Assembly: GCA_964252035.1 (NCBI GenBank)
Contig: OZ176201.1
DNA length: 64,000 nucleotides
From: Podarcis erhardii
Lineage: Eukaryota
Reading direction: 5' to 3' (one strand)
Notes under the pieces: generated by a model
Database searches by the model: none
Told to the model about the DNA's origin: nothing
The model's input: only the letters and a program-made list of their open reading frames with translations
Position numbers and translations under genes: made by a program
In this document: positions 48,873 to 59,690 of the stretch, piece after piece
Layout of the letters: each line of letters opens with the position of its first letter
Position numbering within the stretch: position 1 is the first letter of the stretch

Positions 48873-50933
48873 GAACTAGAAGGTTAATCTGTCCAAACCT
48901 TGGTTATGCAGATTTTGTTTTTAATCCCAGGGATAACTGCCCTCCAAATGGTACTGAACTACAACTCCCATCATTCCTGACCATTACCTTTGGGTTGATG
49001 GGAGTCCAACATCACCTAGAGTGCATCACATTGGCTGGCCTTGAGTTAGTTTTACAGTTAATAGCTGTGCCCATAATGATGTGTGTAGTTGCAATAGAAT
49101 AGTGAAATTTGCCTTCAGAAGGGACAAGATGCATTAAGGGAACATGGAATCTCTTGGCCTTTTCTCATATGCTTTGTAACATAGTTCAGAGTTTTGCAAT
49201 GTAACATCATCACCAGAAGCCAACTCTCAAGATAGCTTTATAAATCTGAAGATCTCCCCCCCCCACCTCCATCCCTGTTCTAGTCCCTAGATTTTATATT
49301 CATGATATGCTTTCTAAGTTAAGAAGATAAAATGTCACTAGCATTTAAAATGAAACATGTTGGAATAGACATATTTCTCAATGTTTGCTTAAATTTTAAT
49401 AGCAAAATGCTGTGAAACACATTCCACAATCTTGGCTACAAGATTCATTATGCCTTAACTGCTTATTTAGATCAACAAGATTTTGCCGTTAGGTGTTTTG
49501 AAATATTGAGCTGTGTGAACCATATTTACTGGGTCACCATGAACATTAAGCTACACTAATTGCATTGGAAAACCTGCCTAGTTTTGCAGCAGTAACATAT
49601 GCTTCAAAATTGCCTTAAGCAGGGATTTTTTTCCTTCTTAACTTATGAAAGTTTCATAATATTTTTTCATCTACTAAACCATGTGAATGCATTATTTCAC
49701 TAAAGAGCAGGGGAAAAATGCTTCATAGAGAAAATTTAGAAAAATAACTCATACAAGGAATTAGTGCATACAATTTCCTTTTATGGAACCCTATTTAACA
49801 GTGTGCCACTCTTTTCTTTATTAAATCTAAAGGCTACATTTTCATATATATTTTCGTGTGTGTAATTTTTTTTTAAAAAATACTGGTTTTTAGAAAGGGC
49901 TGTTGCATACTGAGCATTTTCAGTCATTTAAAAGAAAATAAAAAGATACAGCAGGCAAAACGAATATGAAATAAAATTCATCCTACTGCAAGTATCTTGA
50001 GTTCCATAGGCATGGCTGTATTTGTCTGTTGCATCTGAAGCAACAGAGCATTGTGGCACCTTAAAGACTAACAAACGGATTGTGTTAAAACAGAGCCTGT
50101 GCTGTATTCATAGTACCTCTTGTCTATGCCACCTGTTGGTGATGGTTGTATGTATGCAATCTGCTGACTTGGAGCATTGTGTCTTGTTTGCCTAGGACAG
50201 TGCAGGCAGCAGCAACCTCCATTCTGTGTTTCAGATGCCGCTAGTCTCTTGTGAGGCCACACCTGGGCCCTGCCTTCTGGAGCTATGAGGAAGCTTTGTC
50301 TTTCTACTTTGTTTGGACTAGCCGTCTTAAGCAGTATTCCCTTCCTTCCTTGTTCTCCCTTCCTCCTAGTTTTCCCCTTTCCACGGTTGACAATAGAAGT
50401 TTGATATTGTGACCAGACAGCCGCCATGTCTTCTTGTACATGAGTCCACTGAATTCCATTCTCTGTGGAGACAGCACTGTGCATTCTTTAGACAATACTT
50501 ATTGATTAACAGTTAATGTAAATATCATTGAATCTTATAACCTAGTTAAGAAGCCATTGTTCTGTCCGCAGATAACCTATATCGTACACTTTGGACTTAA
50601 CTTTGAATCATATATCTTATGATTTTTGTGAACTTGTTCACTTGGTTTTTATTGTTGTTGTATATTCTTTGGTACTTTTTCTTTATAAATTGTCACAATA
50701 AATATATCTGACAGGCACACTTTTCTTTAAAAGTTTAAAGCGTTCTTCTTGAAACCAGAGGGGCAAAGACCTGCTTTATTTGAGCTCTCTCTCCCCCCCC
50801 CCCCAGAATTCGTAAAAAGCACCTGATGCACATTCCTTGATTTTGCCTTTAAGATTTCAAGGGTAGGTGTAATGCAAAAATCTTCACAAATATGTTGATT
50901 GAAACACCATTTATTTTCTTCTCACCTCCCCAG

Positions 50934-51023
50934 CACTTCAGGGAGCACCTTGACAAACTTTTTGCAAAAGGAATCGGAATGTTGGATATAGCTTTAATTG
51001 AAGCTTTCAACATGCTCAGTGAT
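50934..51023 (+). CDS. CACNA2D3: CACNA2D3 coding exon (exon 10 equivalent), 90 nt, phase 0-0
   Basis: ctccccAG acceptor, GAT/GTAAGT donor. Translates HFREHLDKLFAKGIGMLDIALIEAFNMLSD. Confidence 0.97.
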
Positions 51024-51213
51024 GTAAGTTACTGCTTTTTGTTAAGTTTTGTTGTTACTGGCCTTTATAAGTTTATGTGGAAACTGTTAAGTTTTGTGCA
51101 TTTTTTATGTTTTACCTGTACTTATTCTTTACAACTACTTTTGTTATATTGTAGTTTTGTATTTTTTCATGTTGTAAGCTACCTTGAGCATGGTTTAAAC
51201 TCTGGAAACACAC

Positions 51214-51669
51214 TGTTATGTTTCCACGGGGTCGCTTGGGAGCAAGCAGGCAAATATCTCCCTACTTGGCTGTGAAGACTTGGCTTTGCTGCCAAAATAA
51301 ACTTTATCTGTCCGGAGCGCCACTCTCCCGTGGCTGACTCAATCGCTGGCAGAATCCGTGAGTGGGTGGTTCTTAAACTTTCCCCAGCAAAGCAGCTTCT
51401 TGACGCCCAGTCTGCGCCTCCCCTCTCTGCACGAATGCTTTCTGCGCAAAGAGGGCGTGGGCAGCAGAGGACCCCTTCCCTCCCCGCTTCTCCCAGGCAA
51501 GGAGTCCTGGGACCACCTCGCCACTTCCGACTCCTGCACCTCCTCTCCACTGGAGCTGCATTTACTCTCTTCTGTTGAAGAGGAGCTACTTCCCACGATC
51601 CCTGGAGGCTCTCTATAATCCATTTGGCTTTTGCTCTCTCCCTCCTGCACTGATGGCAGTTCCCTGACA
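51214..51669 (-). mobile_element. Solo LTR (456 bp), LTR-B
   Basis: Minus-strand termini TGTCA...TAACA and a 5-bp TSD CACAC (51209-51213 / 51670-51674; low complexity). GC/CpG-rich body inside an AT-rich LINE-tail-like flank. Confidence 0.75.
51339..51623 (-). CDS. Putative LTR-encoded 94-aa protein (Ser/Glu-rich, Arg-rich C-terminus)
   Basis: First ATG is 46 nt inside the LTR (MDYREPP...). Same frame relative to the LTR edge as LTR-A, with the shared motif PSLRRKHSCREGRRRLGVKKLLCW. Confidence 0.45.
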   Translation of the reverse strand: MDYREPPGIVGSSSSSTEESKCSSSGEEVQESEVARWSQDSLPGRSGEGRGPLLPTPSLRRKHSCREGRRRLGVKKLLCWGKFKNHPLTDSASD

Positions 51670-53539
51670 CACACATACATGTATGTATGTATGTATGTAT
51701 GTATGTAACTTTCTATGAAAATAAATAAATAATGGTTTCCTCCTGCATTCTTACAGAATACAGATTAGTATCAAAAGACACTGTGCTATATTTTTAAAGT
51801 GATAATTTAGGTAATTTTCTTTTTATCCAGCAGTATGTGGTATGTAAATCTATTCTTCAGAATTACAGGTTGGCACATTCTCATGCTTAAATGTGTTCTT
51901 CTTAGTCTACTGAGTCTTGCTTTTCAGACTGGTTCATAGGCTATAGCATTTAAGCTTGACTAATTTTCACTTATAATTTCTTGTATTTTAGTATAACTTA
52001 GCTTGCTAAAGAGCTAATAGTTGTTGGTACAAATGATTTTGAAAGATGTGATCGTAACTATGTCCAAACTCTCCCCAACATTTGATAAATTCAACTCCCA
52101 TAGGTTTCTGCAGGACTACAGAAATGCTTGTTTCAGCAGTCAATGTCTGCTATATCATGTGACAACTGCAATTATCTCTTTTGGGGATAAATGTGATCTT
52201 TGCCGTGATTATCTTTTTTAAAAAAAAGTCTTAACCAATTAAATAAAATTCTGTGACATTTCAAAGACTGTTAATCACAACCAAGAGCTACAAATGTCAG
52301 GATGCATCAAAATTTTCACTGGTAACTGATGAATCACTGAGTTAATTGTAGTTCATTATAAGGCTCTTGTCATTGTTATTATTATGGAAAAGACTTTCAT
52401 CACTCCTTCTATTCAATAAAAACTAAAAAAAAAAAGTTCTAGACACATATGAGGAGATATTACTCATCAAAGCATTTACATTTAATCACCTGCTTTAAAA
52501 AGAGAATACGGTAGCTTATTCTGTGGAATATGATAGATTCAGACAGAATAAAGCAATGTTTTAAAATAAAGAGATGAAGACAGCCCACCTCCAAGGTATT
52601 TTAATACACCATTTCTTTTTTTACATATGGTCCTTGATTTAGTTCAGGAAGAACAACAGGTGCCTTTAGACACGGGAAATGTCCCTTTTCAAAAAGGGTT
52701 TTCTACTTTTAGAAGTCATGGGCCCTGATTTGGCTGGTTTTATCTTGGCAAGTTGCCATTGAACGTCACATTTGACCATTACCTAGTGGTTGCCAAGTTA
52801 TAACCCCAGAGGTAATCCCAGAAGTGAAAGAAAATGCAGGTGCGATTTTCCCCAATCACCCCATTTTCAGCAAGGCAGACTTGTTTCCCATCATAGTAGG
52901 GAATCCAAGTAGGTGGAATCCAAGGCTCAGTAACAGCACTGAGGGAGGAGTCTTCTGCTTGGTTGTTAAAGAAACAAACACAACCTCCTGTTACTTAATG
53001 GCACCTATGCCATTACCCAATTACTGTGTTGCTACATTTGCTGCACAGTCATTGATATAATCTCTTTCTAGATGGGGTGATCTGGGCACTACAAGAACTC
53101 CTATTAAAACTGCCTTCCTTACAAAGGGAGGTTGGTTTAACTGGAAAAAGATTTGACTGCTAGATTAATTCATGCCCCAGTTTCTAACATGAGCATGCAG
53201 AATTACAGATAACACAATTACTTTGTGCAAAGGAAACATTATGGTGGAACCTTGGTTTCTGTACTTCATTGGTGGCTAAACAATTGGTGGGTTCAGGATG
53301 GGACAGAAAAGTTACAGGGTGCCTGAGCAGATGCGGGAGTCTTATCTGCTTTGAAAAATCTATAGATTTAATTTGTGTTTGGGATTGGGTGTAGGTGTGA
53401 GTCCAGGGGAAGTAGCGGGTAGGAGTCCAAGAAGATAAATACCCTAAACTGAAAAAAGAGTCATGAGTAAAATGGGAGTTGTATTTTCCCCTCACCATTG
53501 TGATTGTCAATCCCATTCACCTTAACATAAAAAAAAACA

Positions 53540-54057
53540 CATGCCAAAATTGTGGCATATTTCCTGCAGATTTCTTTGATTTAAGAAGGTGTATATTTAT
53601 AGCCCTGATGTAGTACTAAATTCCATAGGGGTTTCATCTGCAGCTTGCTTTTTTTTTGAGGGAACAAGCAGGAAAGTGATGGCTATAGCACTGGATGCTT
53701 TTCAGTAAAGCATATGCACACTGGAATTATGAGCATGGTTGTCTTACAGCAAATACTCATTTGCCTAGCTAAGTATGTCAGAACTCAATGAATATTTGTT
53801 TGCTTGTTTCCCAGTTCAATCATACAGGACAAGGGAGTATTTGCAGTCAAGCCATAATGCTGATTACGGATGGTGCTGTGGACACTTATGATGCTATTTT
53901 TGAAAAGTATAATTGGCCAGATAGGAAGGTAAGTCCATTATATCTTGTATCTGTGAAACAATGTATCTGATGATGACAAAAAAAACCATGCCAAAATTGT
54001 GGCATATTTCGTGCAAATTTCTTTGATTTAAGAAGGTGTACATTTATAGCCCTGATG
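53540..54057 (+). repeat. Pair of 71-bp direct repeats (53540-53610 and 53987-54057) flanking exon 11
   Basis: 68/71 identical by manual alignment; each copy is preceded by an A-run. Confidence 0.9.
53815..53928 (+). CDS. CACNA2D3: CACNA2D3 coding exon (exon 11 equivalent), 114 nt, phase 0-0
   Basis: tttcccAG acceptor, AAG/GTAAGT donor. Translates [38 protein letters not shown]. Confidence 0.97.
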
Positions 54058-54219
54058 CTCTCAAATACAAATATTCTCTACTAGTGGGACCTTGACCAAC
54101 AGAGTTGTGCTCTAAGGCAGATATTTGTCAACTGAAAAGCAGAGCAAACAATATCAGGTAAGCTTCAATCTGGATTAAAAATGACCAGGAGTATGCTTTT
54201 GTGCTTGCAGGCTTCTCAA

Positions 54220-54305
54220 GAGCATTTGGTTGGCCATTGTGAGAACAGAATGCTGGACTATATGGGCCTTTGGCCTGATCTAGCAGGGCTCTTCTTATCT
54301 TATTA
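54220..54305 (+). mobile_element. CR1-type 3' tail
   Basis: TGGTTGGCCATTGTGAGAACAGAATGCTGGACTA...GGCCTGATCTAGCAGGGCTCTTCTTAT. Confidence 0.7.
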
Positions 54306-54931
54306 TATGTGTGTTTGCTGCATTTAAAAAACCCAACCAAACTTAGAATGGATCATTTCCTGTGTAAATGCATCTTCTCCTAGCTGTTGCTTTAAAAAAA
54401 GTGGTGTTGAGAAACATACTGCATATTTATGGAAGGATGCATGAGACAGGAAAGAGTGTGGCTTTGAGATTTGGGGAGAACTTTAAAGAAATGTGCTTGA
54501 CATTTCGTTTGGTAGAGCTAGGTCCTGGTTGTGTTTTTGGACCAGCCTCCACTGACTTTAATTGGGGAGTAGGAGAAATGAAGAGTGGAAACAATGCGAC
54601 AATTTGTAATGCTAGAATTCAACAATGGCAACTCACTGTCTGTAGTTGCATTTCAAAGGCTCACTTATCATTCCATGCTAATAACTTGGGAGCACTTCAA
54701 CCTCAGGGACCTCTAATTTTGCCCATGCTGAACATACTTATAAATCTGCTGCTGGGTTTGCATGACTATTTTACTTTTTTTAAAAAAAAAAATATGAATT
54801 GTTTTACCATTTGTGGGGCAGCTCAGTGACAGCATAAAATACTGAATTGGGGTGTATTTAGTAATCTGTCTGCTTTAGAGTATTTCCATTTACTTTACTA
54901 GACTTTGGGGTAAACTGGCATAGAAATTGTG

Positions 54932-54991
54932 ACACAGCTAGAGTATAATTTCACAGCTTTAAACAACAGTGAAATTATACTCTAGCCGTGT
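54932..54991. repeat. Inverted repeat: 23-bp stem (1 mismatch), 14-nt loop
   Basis: ACACAGCTAGAGTATAATTTCAC / GTGAAATTATACTCTAGCCGTGT. Confidence 0.85.
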
Positions 54992-55431
54992 ATCTCTGAT
55001 TTTTGGGAAAGACACCTAGACCTAGTAAAGTTGAAATTAAGGTGTGAGTATCTGCTAATTGTCTGGGATTGACTCGGGAATTAATTTCTTCTGATGATTT
55101 TATAGAAAATCACCCTTGCCATTCACGAAATAAAAAATGCAAAATGAGCTGCTGTGAAAAGAATTATAATGGTTAGTAATTGTGTTTATGCTGCATGATC
55201 AGGCAGGATGTGCTTTGTCAGTAGTTGCCTTTTAAAAACATTTTTTTGAGAAAATAATAATTCCATTTATGAATTGCTTCCTATAACACATCTTGAAATG
55301 ATTTAACAACAAAAACATACATAAAGCAATTTCATATATAAAACCAGCTTCAAATCAGATACAGACTAGGATAAAAATAACTTAAAAGGCTTATTTGTAA
55401 AGGAAGGTATTCAATAGGTGGTAAAAGGCAA

Positions 55432-55521
55432 GCTGCGGGAGGCAATGGAAGATAGGTTTGCCTGGCGTGCTCTGGTCCATGGGGTCACGAAGAGTCGGAC
55501 ATGACTAAACGACTAAACAAC
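55432..55521 (+). mobile_element. BovB (RTE) LINE 3' end, 90 bp, 9-bp TSD
   Basis: GCCTGGCGTGCTCTGGTCCATGGGGTCACGAAGAGTCGGACATGACTAAACGACTAAACAAC. TSD AAAAGGCAA at 55423-55431 and 55522-55530. Confidence 0.85.
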
Positions 55522-55529
55522 AAAAGGCA

Positions 55530-55800
55530 AAGAGACATGCTGCCTGTCTGATATGTAAAGGGATGGAGTTCTGAAGGCTTGATAAGTTCTGCCAGGCTAA
55601 AGGCCCAATTCCTGCATCATACAGATGGACCTCTTGCTGAGACAGTATCTGCATGAGGCTCTCTCCTGCGAAGTACAGGGCTTGTTTGGTTAAATAGGGA
55701 TGAGACCATCTCATAGGTATCCTGGTCCCAAGGGCTTTGTTCACAAGTACCAGCACATTGAACTTAAATGAGATACACTTCCAAATCCTGTGGAGAAAAG
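55530..55800 (-). mobile_element. Old L2 3' fragment (host of the BovB insertion)
   Basis: Minus strand reads ISFKFNVLVLVNKALG, compared with VRFRAQFKVLVLTFKAL in the intact L2. Confidence 0.55.
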
Positions 55801-58800
55801 GACTTCCACCCAAGGTCTGCTTATGTTTTTGAACATTTCTATTCAGGAGTATTGCTGTGTTGGTATGAGGTATGAGATGGGCAAGGCAATATCTTAAATG
55901 CATGAGTTTGAGTCAGAAACAACAGTACATGTTTTGAATTTCGCAGTTGAAAGTTGGCTGGGCTTGTAGAACTGACTAGAAATTAGAAATCTAAGGTCAT
56001 TCCTGTTGGAAGATGATGGCTTAGGACTGCAGAATGTGAGCTGGCTGAAGTGCTGTCCTGGAATCTAGTTGGACTTTCTGGCAGTAGCTGTGGAAGAGCA
56101 CACTTTAGTGCCCTGAAGCCTGTGAAAATTAGGACCAACATACATATAATTGTGTTAGGGTCATCTTGCTGAGGCTCCCTGCCATGTGCACACAGTATGT
56201 GTTTGTGGCCCATAGTGAATCCAGGTGAGATTTCTAATCTCAAAAAAGGGTTCAGCACTGGTGATCTGATCTTCTCTGGGCTTTGTGCATGCATTTTGGG
56301 CTTTATGTTTTGCTCCCCTTTTGCCCTTTCCACCTGGAAGCAGGAAGATGTCTGAAAGGAAGCAGTCTTCGATACACAATCTTAGATACAAAATAAGCAG
56401 GGCCAAGGTTTGCATACAAAGGTGCCCTGAATCATTCATATCTCATTCAAGCCATTAAAAATGGTAAATATTCTTATACAACGGTACACTGAATTATATC
56501 ACACATTAACCATTACATGGGTGGAAACAAAACCTCAGTTAGTTAAGTATTTTTTATTGATTTTTATTGATTTAAGGGGGGCAGCTGCCCTTCCCGTCCC
56601 CCTTAGCTACGTCCAAGAACCATTATGAACAGAGTAAAAAAAACAACAACACATATGCAAAGGTACCCCAAATTTTATCCCACACAAAACCATTAAAAAC
56701 AGTACAATTCACATGCAAAGGTATCCTGAATTGTACCCTGTTGCCCCTAAAAATTGTATACCTCATGATAACTTAGTTCAAAGTAGATGTAGTAGATGAA
56801 ATATGAAAATATTATTTGCCTTGTGTCTTTGGGATTTCTTCCCCTAATATTGTGTGATGTTAATGGTATAAATACACCTTATTTGCATGGTATGGCAGCA
56901 GTAGCATCTTCAATACATATGAAGGACAGTGTAGATAATCAAAACTGACACATTTCTTCACTTGACACTGATGCTGTTGGCAGCTATTCATTTTGTCATT
57001 AAAACCTTTATAAAAGATGTGAAGGGAAGCAGCCTTATTGGCTAGTCTCTGCTGGAGTACATGATGCACATGTCACAATCACTTTATGGCTCAAACTATA
57101 CAGTCTATTTATACAGTTGCCACTGCTGCTTCCTAAACTATAACTCTGGCACCAATCAGGGAACCAGTCATCGACGCCTAGGAAGTTGATTGTGTACCTA
57201 GGTATGACTCATGTGAAGGCAGTCAGGAGGCTAATCCTGGCCTCCTGTGTGTTAAGTGTAACTTCTGCAGCATGGGGCAGGTTTTGTTTTGTTTTTGTTT
57301 TTTAAATTTATTTAGGGTCTCACTGCAACTCAGAAGTCTGACCTTTCATGGTTTTAAGTTTCATGGATAACCTGCACAAGTAGAAACCAAGATGTTTAGT
57401 TTTATAAAATAAAGACTCGTGAGTAAAGCACCATACAAGTCCGAGCTGAGGCAACTATAAAACGCCACATTTCAGTGAACAAACTGTAACCCTGCAGTGT
57501 ACAAGAGTACCTGTAGAGAGCTTCTAAAAAGTAAAAAGGGTAGCATATGGTTCTCCCCCTCACTTTCCACAAGGGTAAAATAATGTTTAAGAACATTAAC
57601 ATCCATTTGGCAAAATGGATAGCTGGACCACGACATAACCGCAGTGACCATTTATCTGTTTCCTCTAGACTGCCATCTACAAGGAGATTAAAGCATTCCC
57701 TAGAATGTTAACCAACCCTGTGTAGCTTAGCAAAATGCTGATTCTACACGCACGGAACATTAGGAACGGCAAATCGCTGTTGTCCTGGTGTTATTAAATT
57801 GATTTTCTTTTCTTGAGAAAGAGTCAGAATATTTCAAAGGTCAGTGTGTACTGTGTGTTGAATCATGAGGTGTCTCATGAGCAAAAGGAAGGATTCAGAC
57901 ACCTTCTAGGGCATTGTAACCTGAAACAGGATGATTATCTACCCTTTGAGGGCTTTCTTGCTGTTACAATTTTGTAGTGAAATGGAATATAGTTTTCCAA
58001 ATTGGGGATGTGAGGGGGAAATTAGATCCATGGGTAAAGTGCATATTTGGCATGTAGAACTTCCAGTTTCCTTTCTTGCATCTCTAATTAAATGATCTCA
58101 AGTAGGAGAATGGTGGCTGTGATCCTGATACTTCTGCTGCTTCTCAAAGTGTGGCAAAGATCTTTGGTGGGAATTTCCATCATACCTACTCTGAATGCAC
58201 TGGGCATCAAAAGCATGAAATCTTAAGCACAGTCTACACTTCTTCCACTGTGGGAAGCTGCTAAAAGCCTTCCCAGCCTGTTGTGTGAGGCCATGCATAT
58301 ACAATAATGTTCTGGATTTTTTCCTGATTTGGGGGCCCTTTTAGAGAATAATTTTCATGTTATGTACATGTGTATACTAAAGGCATCCCCTGGGTATTTT
58401 TGAAAAAAAAAATATAATCTGGGTGGCTTCAGTGTGGTCAGCATGGAGCCATCTGAGTTCAGCATTAGAGGAGGAAGAGGAGGAGGAGGAGGAGGGGGAG
58501 AAGAAGCCTGGTGGGCAATGGGGAATCATCAGACATTAACAAGTACAAATGGAAGATCAGAATTCTGAGTAATCTTCGTTATGACCCCTAATATTTGGGA
58601 CTGATATTAACACTATTTGAGTATTAGCTATGAGAAGGATGGGCGTTTATTAAATTTGTTATCAACATTAGTAGACTTAATTGATTGTTTCCCATGCCCA
58701 CCAGAAAGCAAGTCCTACAGCATATACAGTTCTGTGCAAAGGTTTTAAATACTGGAGTTATTTTTAGCACTATGACATAACCATCTCTACAGCTCTTACT

Positions 58801-59369
58801 TTAATTGGTTGTATAAAAAGTTGAGGTGACTTATACATCAGAGTAAATACATTCTGTTTTTATGGGAAAACGTTGGAGCACCGACTTCCGTTAAGCTTTA
58901 ATCTAAATAGCTGAGGTTTCCCTTAAGAGCAATCAAAGAATCTTTCCTGGTTTATAACATGGAAGATGAGTTGAATTTATGGCTGGATGCTCCGCAGTGT
59001 CTTTGTTTCGTGGTGTTTCTTCCTTGGGGATTCATATCTTGAAAATACAGCTCAGAATCATGAATCACTTGGGACTCATTAATGGAGAACATATCTCACT
59101 GCACTGTAATTTTTCATTGTATAATTCACCATCTGTTGTTTGACATGCTGCTAAAAAATTAGAAGCCATCATGAGTACCTCAATAATAGTAGAAATGTGA
59201 AGTTGTTCGGTGTTATGATTTCATAAAATAGGCTGACTCCACAACTGAACTAACAAAAGACCATTCTAATTTTTATTTTATTTTTTTCTTTTAAATAGCT
59301 CTTTTGCTGAAGATTAGTTATTTTATACATTTTTATCTTGCTTTTTTGTTAGCTGCCTACATTCTATTT

Positions 59370-59690
59370 CTAGAATGAAAAATCATTAGCATTAGAAGGT
59401 TACTTAGAGGCCATCTAGTCACAAGCACACACAGAGAGTCTGTTGTGCAGCCATGGTACCCCTGACATATGACTGTCCAGTATCTGCTTAAATATATTTA
59501 GTGAAGGAGAATGCCTCCCTCCCCCACCTCCCAAGGCTGTCTATAACAAGGTCAGGGAGCTCTTTGGAAATTTCTCCTAAAGCTTTGTCCAAATTTGCTT
59601 TCTTGCAATTTCCACCCACTGGCTCTAGTCTTACCCTTTGGATCAGCAGAGAGCAACCCAAAGATTTAGCATCTGTTTCCCTTGCCAGTG
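59370..59690 (-). mobile_element. Old CR1 3' fragment
   Basis: TAGAAGG...GAGGCCATCTAGTC...CTGTCCAGT.TCTGCTTAAA...GAAGGAGA...CCACTGG.TCTAGTCTTACCCT, reverse CR1 pattern. Confidence 0.65.

Noticed and set aside
53540-54057. CRISPR-like array or other prokaryotic system
   Set aside because: Only two 71-bp units around a spliced exon, in clearly vertebrate DNA. No operon-like or cas ORFs anywhere in the window.
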